Part shown: positions 29,000-37,205 of the stretch, piece after piece
Position numbering within the stretch: position 1 is the stretch's first letter
Layout of the letters: each line of letters starts with the position of its first letter
Assembly (NCBI GenBank): GCA_022703645.1
Contig: JAKLDG010000002.1
Span: 1-40,237, forward strand
DNA from: Patescibacteria group bacterium
Lineage (GTDB): Bacteria; Patescibacteriota; JACPGU01
Length of the DNA stretch: 40,237 nucleotides
Reading direction: 5' to 3'
Made by a program: the position numbers and the translations under genes
Notes under the pieces: model-generated
Told to the model about the DNA's origin: nothing
Seen by the model: the letters and a program-made list of their open reading frames with translations, nothing else
The model's database searches: none

Positions 29000-30736
29000 T
29001 TATAATTTTACAGAATAAGGTTTCGTTTTTTTTGAATAAGGATTTACTTTTCTGCCATAATGGCTGTTTTTTCTAGTATAAATCCTTTTCAATCTTTTTG
29101 CAATAGCTGTCAATTCTATGCTTCGATTGCTGTTGACGGTTATTGCTCCCACGATGTCAATATTTCTGTCATTTGATAAAGTTTCTATACCTGACAATTC
29201 AATTCCTCGTTCGCTGGTTTCTCGATATGCTCCAAAAATATTGATTGCTCTCTCGCTTAATAACTGGTCTGTGCCGTGTAAATTTATATTTCTTTCCGAG
29301 TTAGTTTCTGCCTCTGCCTCTAAGATAATGCCTCTTTCGGAAGTAGTATCAATTTTTCCAGTCAATTCAATTTGACGAATTTCGTTAGCTGTTTTTTCTC
29401 CGGTGGCTTCTATTGTTCTTTGAGAATATGCCGAATTTTTACCGCTCAATTCAATATATCTTTCTTCTTGACTTTCATCAATTCCGCTAAGTTCTATTAT
29501 TCGTTCCTCTATTTTAGTATTTGCTCCAACAAGTTCTATTTCTCTGTCCTCATTTTTTGAATCAATACCGCCAACCTCTAAACTTCTTTCTGTCTGACTA
29601 AAATTTTCAGCATTTAATTCAATGCTTCTTTCGTCATCAGCACTTTCTTTACCAGTTATTTCAAAGGCTCGTTCTGTTTGAGTAGTATCAATTCCAGCTA
29701 CTTCAATTATTCTTTCTCCAACTCCTCTGATTGTTCCTTCCAATTCAATTTCTCTTTCAGTGTTTGTTTGGTTGATTCCTTTGACTTCAATATTTCTGTC
29801 GCCAGTAATTTTTATTGAACCAATCAAATCAATATTTCTTTCGCTTTGAGCATTATCAATTCCGTGTAATTCAAATTCTGTTTCTGTTTCTGTTTGATTT
29901 TGTCCGGCAAGGTTTATTGCTCTTTCTGATTGGCTAAATTCTTTACCCACTAATTCAATGTCTCGATTATCTATCGCTTGATTTTCTCCGTGCAACTCAA
30001 TAGCTTTTTCGGTATTGGCAAGTTCTTTTCCGGTCAATTCTATCGCTCGGGTTTCTAATAAAGTTTCAATACCGCTCAATTCAATGTTCCGGTCGCTGAC
30101 ATTATTTTGCGTTCCCTCAATTTCAATCGCCCTGTCGCTCGTCTCAATTTTTTTAGCAGATAACTCAATACTTCTTTCTGAATTGACTATGGTCTTACCG
30201 GATAACTCAATCACTCGTTCTGATAAACTATTATCTTCTCCGTGAATATTTATAATTCTATCAGAATTTGATAAATCTTCTCCGTGAACTTCTACGGCTC
30301 GGTCTGAATTGGTAATATCTTTACCGGCTAAATTTATTGCTCGGTCTGAATTTGATATTTCTTTTCCTTGAAGTTCTAATGCTCTTTCGCTGTTGGAAAT
30401 ATTTTTTCCAGTGATATTTATTGCTCGTTCGGAGTTAGTATTTTCTTTTCCAGTTAGCACAATACTCCTGTCTGAATTTGCAGAATTTTTACCAGTGATA
30501 ATAATTGCTCTATCTGAATTTGTCGAGGCTTTACCGGATAATTCTATGCTTCTGTCTGAACTATCAGTTGTTCCTCCTCCTCCGCCTGTTGCACTAACTC
30601 CCCAAAAAGGCGTTCCTTTATCTTGATAATCTAACCCATTCAAATCTACATCTGATTTTGCTCCGACATTAAGAAAAGGCTTTCCTTTATGTTGCCAATC
30701 CATTGTCTCCAAGTTTTCTTTTGTTGGTAAAGCCAT
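29000..30736 (-). CDS. Repeat protein: 59-aa N-terminal module, 35 tandem 14-aa repeats, 29-aa basic tail (fibre or solenoid candidate)
   Basis: 578-aa ORF. Residues 60-549 parse into exactly 35 units of 14 aa (consensus S-[DE]-R-x-I-[EN]-L-x-G-x-x-x-x-N) with no indel. Confidence 0.8.
   Translation of the reverse strand: MALPTKENLETMDWQHKGKPFLNVGAKSDVDLNGLDYQDKGTPFWGVSATGGGGGTTDSSDRSIELSGKASTNSDRAIIITGKNSANSDRSIVLTGKENTNSERAINITGKNISNSERALELQGKEISNSDRAINLAGKDITNSDRAVEVHGEDLSNSDRIINIHGEDNSLSERVIELSGKTIVNSERSIELSAKKIETSDRAIEIEGTQNNVSDRNIELSGIETLLETRAIELTGKELANTEKAIELHGENQAIDNRDIELVGKEFSQSERAINLAGQNQTETETEFELHGIDNAQSERNIDLIGSIKITGDRNIEVKGINQTNTEREIELEGTIRGVGERIIEVAGIDTTQTERAFEITGKESADDERSIELNAENFSQTERSLEVGGIDSKNEDREIELVGANTKIEERIIELSGIDESQEERYIELSGKNSAYSQRTIEATGEKTANEIRQIELTGKIDTTSERGIILEAEAETNSERNINLHGTDQLLSERAINIFGAYRETSERGIELSGIETLSNDRNIDIVGAITVNSNRSIELTAIAKRLKRIYTRKNSHYGRKVNPYSKKTKPYSVKL
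29090..30559 (-). repeat. 42-bp-period coding tandem repeat (35 diverged copies)
   Basis: This is the DNA equivalent of residues 60-549 of the 578-aa ORF. The copies are diverged at the nucleotide level but strictly in register. Confidence 0.85.
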
Positions 30737-30737
30737 T

Positions 30738-31025
30738 TCATTTCTTTATTATCTCATTATTATTTTTAATCATTTCGAGATTAACTTTTCTGTCGCTCAA
30801 TTCGATAATTTTATTATCAATCTCTTTTATTTCTTCCACAATATCCTTTTCTTTTTGTGCCTCTCGGTTGATTAAAAATTTTTCCACTCCTTTTTTGACA
30901 GTTGCGTCATCTACTTCGCCGTGAAATTTTAAGATAATACTTTCTCCCTCGCCAATGTCAATATACGCCCGATATTTTCCGGCAATGTCCATTTCCTTTT
31001 TCCAAATTTTTTTATATTCTTGCAT
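30738..31025 (-). CDS. Hypothetical protein (95 aa), possible fibre chaperone
   Basis: ATG-initiated ORF with a coiled-coil-like C-terminus, between the two large accessory genes. The function is a guess. Confidence 0.5.
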   Translation of the reverse strand: MQEYKKIWKKEMDIAGKYRAYIDIGEGESIILKFHGEVDDATVKKGVEKFLINREAQKEKDIVEEIKEIDNKIIELSDRKVNLEMIKNNNEIIKK

Positions 31026-31029
31026 AAAT

Positions 31030-33393
31030 TTAAGCTTGGCTAATTGTTATATCGTCAATATAAACGCTACTATTTCCTGCTACAAAATATCCTTCAAAAA
31101 TAATCTCTACCACTCCGGCAACAGTCGGCGTGAAGCTAATTGATAATTGTTCCCAATCTGTATCATTAGCTTTGACATCGGCAACATCTGTCGTCACTCC
31201 GGCAATCTGTTTGCCTTTACAAACTATTCTCGCACCGACATCGGTAGCGTGGTCTTTTTTAACATAAGCAGAAACCGTCACTTCGGCATTAGCGTTGCAA
31301 GCCACTTTAGCAATTCTCATATTTATTGGAAAAGTAGCGTTTCGAATTCCTCTAGTAGTAGTAATTTGCCAAGCTTTTCCACTGGCGGTATGCCGTGTCG
31401 TGGCTTGGTGGTAAATTCTACCGCCCATTAAAAATACCACTAAATTTCCGGCAGTGTCGTCGTGATTGAGTGAGTAAATTCTATCGCCATATTCATCATA
31501 GAATAGCGTAGTTGCTAATTCAACAAATTCAGTTGCTTCATTTATAATGGCAGTTTCAATATTGGCAAAAGTTCCATAAGTTGCCATTCCTCCGAGTGTG
31601 TTATTTTTTGTTTCTAAAAATCCAACAGTGCCACCACTAGGCGTATTGTTAAAGATAACTCCATTTTTTGTATTATCGTGAGAAAGCGTGATTTCATCAA
31701 TTCTCGAATCAGAATCTGCTCCAATCATTACTCCGTGTCCAGTATTATAAGCAACATCTTCAATCGTTCCAATGCTAGAATTTCTTAAAATAATATACAG
31801 TCCGACTGTAGTTGATAAATTTCCTTTAACATTTTTTATTGTTCCAACAACTGAACCTTTTTGAGCAGTTATTTGCGTATAATTAGAATAATTATAATTC
31901 ATATTATAAATACTATCCAATGTTGAATTTATCATCGTTATTGCTAATCCACCATCTCCGGTATTATTAACATTTCCAATAACGCCTATGTCTAAATCAT
32001 AGCCATTGGTAATATAAAATCCTCGAGAAGCAGAATTGCTTGAATCTTGCACATCAATCTTAAATCCGACTGGGGTGTCTAAATAAAAATTAGAATAATA
32101 CCTCGTAGCAGATATTCTATCCAAAGTTATATAATATTTGCCTGACGCAGAATAAATTCCGTATCCTCCTCCATTTGTTCCGTCAAAAAAAGTTTCTCCG
32201 TTTTGTTCTGATGATGATGTGTCATATCCTCCTTGAAATGCAAGTCTATTTGCCATACTTCCTCCACTGTCTTGAATTTCTTGAACTTTTGCCGTAGTGC
32301 TTGAAGCAAAAACTGTTTTTATTGTTTCTCTTTTGTAAGTAGCAACATTTTCAGTCGTTCCGTAATATTTTCCGATATTCGCAACTTCTGCAGTAGGGTC
32401 TCTATCCAAAGTAATAGTATCTCCGACAATACTTTTAATAGCATACCAGCCTTCTTCTCCGCCGTGAGCAAGGGAATTTTTTGAAATAAGACTTGTCAAT
32501 GAAAGACTGTCCGCTGAACCAACAGCTTTGCAAGCGATAATATTATCAAGATAAATTGTCGGTGTGGTTGGGTCGCTGGTGCAAGTTAGTGAAATACTAT
32601 TTATATTACTTCCCAAAGCAGAGCCTTTATTAACAGTAATACAATGCCAACGACCAGCATATAATAAATCTGGAATAGCAAAACTATCTACTACTGTCGT
32701 TCCGGCGGTATCAGAGCATAAATTTAATGTCATTCCTTTGCCATTAAAAGTTGTGCTGGAAGCCCTTATCCAAAAACTTAATTGTTGATATCCTGATAAA
32801 TTCAATGCTCCACCTAAATTTCTGTAAGCCAACATTCCAGTTGTAAAACTAGACCCAACTACTATTTTTGCTCCATAAGTCCCTTGTTTGACATAATCAG
32901 TAGAAGCAGTTGCTGTAATATTAGCGGAAGCTGTCCAACCACTTTCACATAAATCAACTGTGGCATTGACAGCTGTATCTAAAACAACTGTCGAGCCTTG
33001 GTCTGTCCAATCAGCATTTCCAACCGAGGTAGGGTCTGGACTTTTAGCTATACGAATTATATCTCCTCCTCCAACTCGTGCGGCGGTTGCTCCTGATGTT
33101 ATGGTCTTCCAAGCTAAAGCCCAAGTTGAGCCGTCATTAGCGTCAGAGCCATTGACATAATCTAAATAATATGTCGAGTTGCCGGTCGCCCAGTGGATTA
33201 TTCTTGACAATTTTGAAGATTTTTGACCTTTGTTAGTCAAGACATCTTCTAAAAAAACTATAAATTTTTTGACAAATTTAATATGCCCAAAATCATAACC
33301 ACCATTAAATCTTATTCGTAAAAGCAAGTCAATTAGTTTTGACGATATTATGTCATTATTTTTGTCTAGTAATAGTTCTTTGGCTATCAACAT
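31030..33393 (-). CDS. Right-handed beta-helix protein flanked by two CBM-like jelly-roll modules (depolymerase/fibre-like)
   Basis: 787 aa. YYLDYVNGSDANDGSTWALAWKTITSGA...GGGDIIRIAKS is typical of pectate-lyase-like beta-helix N-caps. Repetitive N/G/T-rich rungs span ~aa 430-620. The CBM-like segments end in ...IYLDNIIA and ...VYIDDITISQA. Confidence 0.6.
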   Translation of the reverse strand: MLIAKELLLDKNNDIISSKLIDLLLRIRFNGGYDFGHIKFVKKFIVFLEDVLTNKGQKSSKLSRIIHWATGNSTYYLDYVNGSDANDGSTWALAWKTITSGATAARVGGGDIIRIAKSPDPTSVGNADWTDQGSTVVLDTAVNATVDLCESGWTASANITATASTDYVKQGTYGAKIVVGSSFTTGMLAYRNLGGALNLSGYQQLSFWIRASSTTFNGKGMTLNLCSDTAGTTVVDSFAIPDLLYAGRWHCITVNKGSALGSNINSISLTCTSDPTTPTIYLDNIIACKAVGSADSLSLTSLISKNSLAHGGEEGWYAIKSIVGDTITLDRDPTAEVANIGKYYGTTENVATYKRETIKTVFASSTTAKVQEIQDSGGSMANRLAFQGGYDTSSSEQNGETFFDGTNGGGYGIYSASGKYYITLDRISATRYYSNFYLDTPVGFKIDVQDSSNSASRGFYITNGYDLDIGVIGNVNNTGDGGLAITMINSTLDSIYNMNYNYSNYTQITAQKGSVVGTIKNVKGNLSTTVGLYIILRNSSIGTIEDVAYNTGHGVMIGADSDSRIDEITLSHDNTKNGVIFNNTPSGGTVGFLETKNNTLGGMATYGTFANIETAIINEATEFVELATTLFYDEYGDRIYSLNHDDTAGNLVVFLMGGRIYHQATTRHTASGKAWQITTTRGIRNATFPINMRIAKVACNANAEVTVSAYVKKDHATDVGARIVCKGKQIAGVTTDVADVKANDTDWEQLSISFTPTVAGVVEIIFEGYFVAGNSSVYIDDITISQA

Positions 33394-33402
33394 ATTTTTT
33401 AC

Positions 33403-33807
33403 TTAAATTATTACACTCCAAGATATTTCAGGGTTTTTTTCTGACACCCAAATTTGAAGTTTCTTATTTTCATAAATAGCTTCCGCCACTGTATAAAGTT
33501 CTTGCTCCTCCATTTGTCCGTTGCATACATCAGCTCCCATTGCTCGAAACATTTTATAGCCGGTTGGCTTTTCTGCCAAATCAAAAACTCGGAACTTTGG
33601 ATTTCTGCCTGCACTAGGCAAATTCCAGCGTTGTCCCGAGTTTGTGTAAAGTGAAAGAGAAGTTATCTGCAACTTTTCTTCCGTAAGTTTTTTTTGTAAT
33701 TTCTGCCAAGGGGAAAGTTCGTTTTTAACTAATTGATAATCGCCTTTGCCCTCGTATAGCGTTTGTCCGTTAGATAGACTAACCGACCAATTTATTTGAG
33801 TCTTCAT
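33403..33807 (-). CDS. Hypothetical protein (134 aa)
   Basis: ATG-initiated ORF with no recognised motif. Confidence 0.55.
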   Translation of the reverse strand: MKTQINWSVSLSNGQTLYEGKGDYQLVKNELSPWQKLQKKLTEEKLQITSLSLYTNSGQRWNLPSAGRNPKFRVFDLAEKPTGYKMFRAMGADVCNGQMEEQELYTVAEAIYENKKLQIWVSEKNPEISWSVII

Positions 33808-33828
33808 AAGCCTCGTTATTTTTAATTT

Positions 33829-34392
33829 TTAACTATAAGTCAATTCTATTCGATATTTTCCAGTCTTAGCTCCAACACTGGAAGGACTGGCAGAACAAGC
33901 AATAAAGAAGTCGTGCGAAGTTCCTGCGGAATTGTCTGCCAATGCTAGGGCTGAACCACTACCCTCTGCGTCTGTGAAATTAGCGTTTCCAACTTCCGCT
34001 GCTTTGAAATTTATCCCACTTGGTGCGGTGGCTGGGGTTGAGCCGTCATAAGCGTAAAATATTGCGTCCTCGGTAATGACAGAAGCGTCGTCAGCAAAGT
34101 TTATTTTCAAATTAGCCTCTGCGGTTGTAATTTGGTCAAGGTCTTCTGTTCCGTCTCCCCAATCAGCTTGACTGTCTCCGCCTGTGCCTCCTGCTTGCGA
34201 AATAAACTTAACATTGTTTGGAGTATTAGCGGAAGACTTGTCGGCGTTAGCGGCGGTTTTGACGTGGTTTGAATCATTATATTCGTCAACAGTTATTTTG
34301 CCGTCAAATGTGCCATTGGCAAATTGTAATTTGTCAGTAGCGTCAATAACCGTTGGGGTTGCTCCTTGGAGCGTGTGTGTAAATGTAGCCAT
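33829..34392 (-). CDS. S/T/A/G/D-rich hypothetical virion-surface candidate (187 aa)
   Basis: ATG-initiated. Its composition is distinct and more G+C-rich than neighbouring genes, and it has no hydrophobic segments. A decoration role is inferred from position only. Confidence 0.55.
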   Translation of the reverse strand: MATFTHTLQGATPTVIDATDKLQFANGTFDGKITVDEYNDSNHVKTAANADKSSANTPNNVKFISQAGGTGGDSQADWGDGTEDLDQITTAEANLKINFADDASVITEDAIFYAYDGSTPATAPSGINFKAAEVGNANFTDAEGSGSALALADNSAGTSHDFFIACSASPSSVGAKTGKYRIELTYS

Positions 34393-34421
34393 AGCTTTTT
34401 TATTATTAAATTATTACTTAA

Positions 34422-34637
34422 TTACTTTTTACCTTTCGCCGGTTTTATCATTCTATTTTTTACCGGTTTCATTTCCTTGGTTTGCATTACTGTTTTTTCC
34501 ACTTTTCTTTCCTCTGTTTTTTCAATCAAGCCTTTTTTCTCGGCAATCTCGATTGAGCTTTCTTCCATTTCCACGACATCGCCTTTTTTAACTGGTGTGC
34601 CTCGGAATGAAAAATTTTCTTTTGCGATTACTTTCAT
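34422..34637 (-). CDS. Small protein (71 aa) whose N-terminal domain resembles the C-terminus of the upstream glycosyltransferase
   Basis: MKVIAKENFSFRGTPVKKGDVVEMEESSIEIAEKKGLIE aligns by eye with GIIAKSDFKYQGKLQKKGEYVNIRIQDMQLLKSKGCI. The start is set at ATG 34637; the track start is TTG. Confidence 0.5.
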   Translation of the reverse strand: MKVIAKENFSFRGTPVKKGDVVEMEESSIEIAEKKGLIEKTEERKVEKTVMQTKEMKPVKNRMIKPAKGKK

Positions 34638-34654
34638 AGATATTTTTTTAATTA

Positions 34655-36004
34655 TTATATACAACCTTTACTTTTTAGCAGTTGCATATCTTGTATTCTG
34701 ATATTAACATATTCTCCTTTTTTTTGCAACTTGCCTTGATATTTGAAATCACTCTTTGCGATTATTCCCTCGGAAGTTATCTCCTCTATGGCTTTTCTCT
34801 CCGGTAATTCCATTTTTTCTAATTTCTTTAACCATTTATCATTAAATAATTCCTCATTCTCTCTAGCGTAAGTGAATCGGTCGGCACTCTTGCTCAAAAA
34901 ATGAGTAATGGCATTTCTGACATATCCGAATTTCTTTTTTTTCTGCATTGCTCTTAGGAAAAAATCAACATCTTCGCCACCATTCATAAATTCTTCATCT
35001 AATCCGCCTAATTCTTCCCAAATGTCTTTCTTGACCTTAAAACAAAATCCACTAGGCATACTTTCATATCCGGCAATATCCTCTAGGCTTTTTACAATTA
35101 CTCCGTTTTCTAATTTTATGCTTATGCCGTATTTAGTCACTTTTCTGTCAGGAATGTATTGAGCAATGCCGGTAATATCGCTATCGTCCTTTACCATTTT
35201 CATTAAGTATTCGTGAACTGGGATAGTATCGTCATTCAAGAAAATTAAATTTTCTGTTTCTGCCAGTCTAGCTCCTTTATTACAACTCTCGGAAAATGTG
35301 CCACCGCTAATTATGATAATATTAAATAACTTATTGTCTAATGTTTTTAAGCAGTCTGCCAATAGTTCGTGCTGGTCGTGGTGGGGGATAATAATATCAG
35401 CAATTTTTTTAAGGTGTTTCTTATATAAATATTTCATCCATTTTTCACTATCATTGCCGGTTGAAATTCCTCCCGGTCGGTTGAATGTTTTGAACAATAT
35501 CTTATCGCAAAAAACTGGTTTGTGTCCGGCTCGAGTTAGTCTTATCCATAATTCCCAATCATCATATCTTCGCATATCAGGACTAAATTTTGGTTTTGCA
35601 CTGGCTCTTATCAATGACATTGTGCTAATTCCGTGAAAGTAGTCAATAAATTCTTTGCTCTCCATATCTTCCGGCATTTCTCCTTTGTTGATATTAAATT
35701 CTGTCCGGTCGATAATAAATTTCCCGAAAGCCCAATCAGCCCATTTATTTTCCTGCAAGGTTTGGTATAAATTACTTAGACAATCCTTATCTAAATCTAA
35801 GTCATTATCACAAAAAAATAAATACTCTCCTTTGGCTTTTTTTAATCCCTCATTTCTTGCCCAACTAGCGCCTTTAGCGTCTTTATCAATAATTTCAATT
35901 ATCTCAATATTATTGTAGGTCTGTTCTTTAACCGATTTCAAAGATTCGTTTTTCTCTGTTGCTCGGTTTGGAATAATTATTGATATTAGTGGCAATTTTT
36001 TCAT
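34655..36004 (-). CDS. Two-domain GT2-family (GT-A fold) glycosyltransferase
   Basis: Domain 1: LISIIIPNRATEKNESLKSVKEQTYNNIEIIEIID...GASWARNEGLKKAKGEYLFFCDNDLDL (DxD). Domain 2: ADIIIPHHDQHELLADCLKTL...SCNKGARLAETENLIFLNDDTIP. Confidence 0.75.
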   Translation of the reverse strand: MKKLPLISIIIPNRATEKNESLKSVKEQTYNNIEIIEIIDKDAKGASWARNEGLKKAKGEYLFFCDNDLDLDKDCLSNLYQTLQENKWADWAFGKFIIDRTEFNINKGEMPEDMESKEFIDYFHGISTMSLIRASAKPKFSPDMRRYDDWELWIRLTRAGHKPVFCDKILFKTFNRPGGISTGNDSEKWMKYLYKKHLKKIADIIIPHHDQHELLADCLKTLDNKLFNIIIISGGTFSESCNKGARLAETENLIFLNDDTIPVHEYLMKMVKDDSDITGIAQYIPDRKVTKYGISIKLENGVIVKSLEDIAGYESMPSGFCFKVKKDIWEELGGLDEEFMNGGEDVDFFLRAMQKKKKFGYVRNAITHFLSKSADRFTYARENEELFNDKWLKKLEKMELPERKAIEEITSEGIIAKSDFKYQGKLQKKGEYVNIRIQDMQLLKSKGCI

Positions 36005-36024
36005 TATTTTAATATTGTGCCAAT

Positions 36025-36046
36025 GGCTGGGATTTTACTCCCAGCC
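36025..36046 (-). terminator. Perfect 8-bp GC-rich stem-loop just downstream of the capsid gene (attenuator or RNA-stability element)
   Basis: ggctggga (36025..36032) pairs with tcccagcc (36039..36046), with a 6-nt loop. No U-tract follows on the minus strand. Confidence 0.45.
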
Positions 36047-36060
36047 ACGCACATAAATCC

Positions 36061-37188
36061 TTAATATACTTCAGGAACATCCAACAAAACTACAGCCTCG
36101 TTCATCGCCATCATTCCGTCTGTTCTCTTGACTAGACGAACAGTGATTTCATCATATCTAAATCTCTCGTGAATGGAAGCGTCAACTGTAATTCCTTCTC
36201 GGTCTCCGATATAATACCAACTAAAATCTACAAAGATAAGGTCTCCCTTAGTTCCAAGTTCTGAAACCTTTTCAGTTTCAATGAAAGGTCGTCCTTTTAA
36301 GGTTGGAGGTGTTCCCTCTTTATAGCTGTCAGCCCAAATCGGTCGTCCGGTAGTTGCATCAACTAATCCGTCAAGATATTCAATCACGCTTGTAGAACCA
36401 AGCCAAATGGCGTTCTTTCTGAACTGTGGTTTAAGCGAATAAAACATCGAGATAACATCAGCATAACTAACTTTATTAGCCTCTACTCGGTTCACAACTG
36501 GCGAATCTTCGTCAGCAATAATACCAAGAGGTTGAGTCTCGCCGTCGCCGTTTAGGAAGGCATAATCTTCAAAATAAACAGCCGCGCGACCAAAAATATT
36601 GACTACATAGTTTGCAAAGTCAATATTGCTATCGGACAAAATTTCTCTCGATTCAGAAGTAAGCATAAGCATTTTCTTTGCTACCAAAGAAACTTGTTTT
36701 AGCTTAAATTGAGTATCAGTAGTCGTTCCACTTTCGCCAACCCAAGAAACCGTCACACCACCGAAAGAATTACCTGACTGGTCAAGTTTATTTTTCTTCC
36801 AAGTGTTTGATTTCATTTTAATAACAGTCGCTCTTGGTCTAACGATAGCTTCTTCTTCCATATAGGACAAAATGGAAGCTTCGAGTTCTTCCGGCACTGT
36901 AAATCCTCCGTCGTCATCATCTGTTTCGTTAAAAACAGACTTGGTGTTTCTCATCATTGCTTTCAAATCGGAACAAAACTTATCCATTTCAGAACCAAGT
37001 TTTACGAAAGGAGCTTTCGTTCTTTTCATATCCATTAAAGACTTCTCGCCTAGTTCCAAATCCTTGTTTCTAAGGTCAGCGTCTTTTTTGGTTTGGTCTT
37101 GAACAATGGTTTTGATTTCGTCCATTTTTCCGGCAACGACATCATTGACAGCTTTGCCAATGAGTTCTAACAATTCTTTTTCGTTCAT
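36061..37188 (-). CDS. Major capsid protein, HK97 fold, with N-terminal delta-like domain
   Basis: 375 aa. The N-terminal ~100 aa are coiled-coil. Then DDGGFTVPEELEASIL..., ...FEDYAFLNGDGETQPLGII... and ...GRPFIETEKV... match the HK97-type capsid family pattern. Follows the prohead protease. Confidence 0.9.
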   Translation of the reverse strand: MNEKELLELIGKAVNDVVAGKMDEIKTIVQDQTKKDADLRNKDLELGEKSLMDMKRTKAPFVKLGSEMDKFCSDLKAMMRNTKSVFNETDDDDGGFTVPEELEASILSYMEEEAIVRPRATVIKMKSNTWKKNKLDQSGNSFGGVTVSWVGESGTTTDTQFKLKQVSLVAKKMLMLTSESREILSDSNIDFANYVVNIFGRAAVYFEDYAFLNGDGETQPLGIIADEDSPVVNRVEANKVSYADVISMFYSLKPQFRKNAIWLGSTSVIEYLDGLVDATTGRPIWADSYKEGTPPTLKGRPFIETEKVSELGTKGDLIFVDFSWYYIGDREGITVDASIHERFRYDEITVRLVKRTDGMMAMNEAVVLLDVPEVY

Positions 37189-37205
37189 AATAAAATTTTA
37201 CTTAA

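Noticed and set aside
29090-30559. 42-bp periodicity as a CRISPR-like or satellite array
   Set aside because: There is no alternation of conserved repeats with unique spacers. The whole region is one uninterrupted ORF whose periodicity is at the protein level (14 aa).
9914-34289. Nested same-strand alternative-frame ORFs (9914..10153, 20502..20771, 28716..28973, 32127..32309, 33411..33614, 34107..34289)
   Set aside because: They lie fully inside longer ORFs that have family motifs or better coding character. There is no independent start signal or motif.
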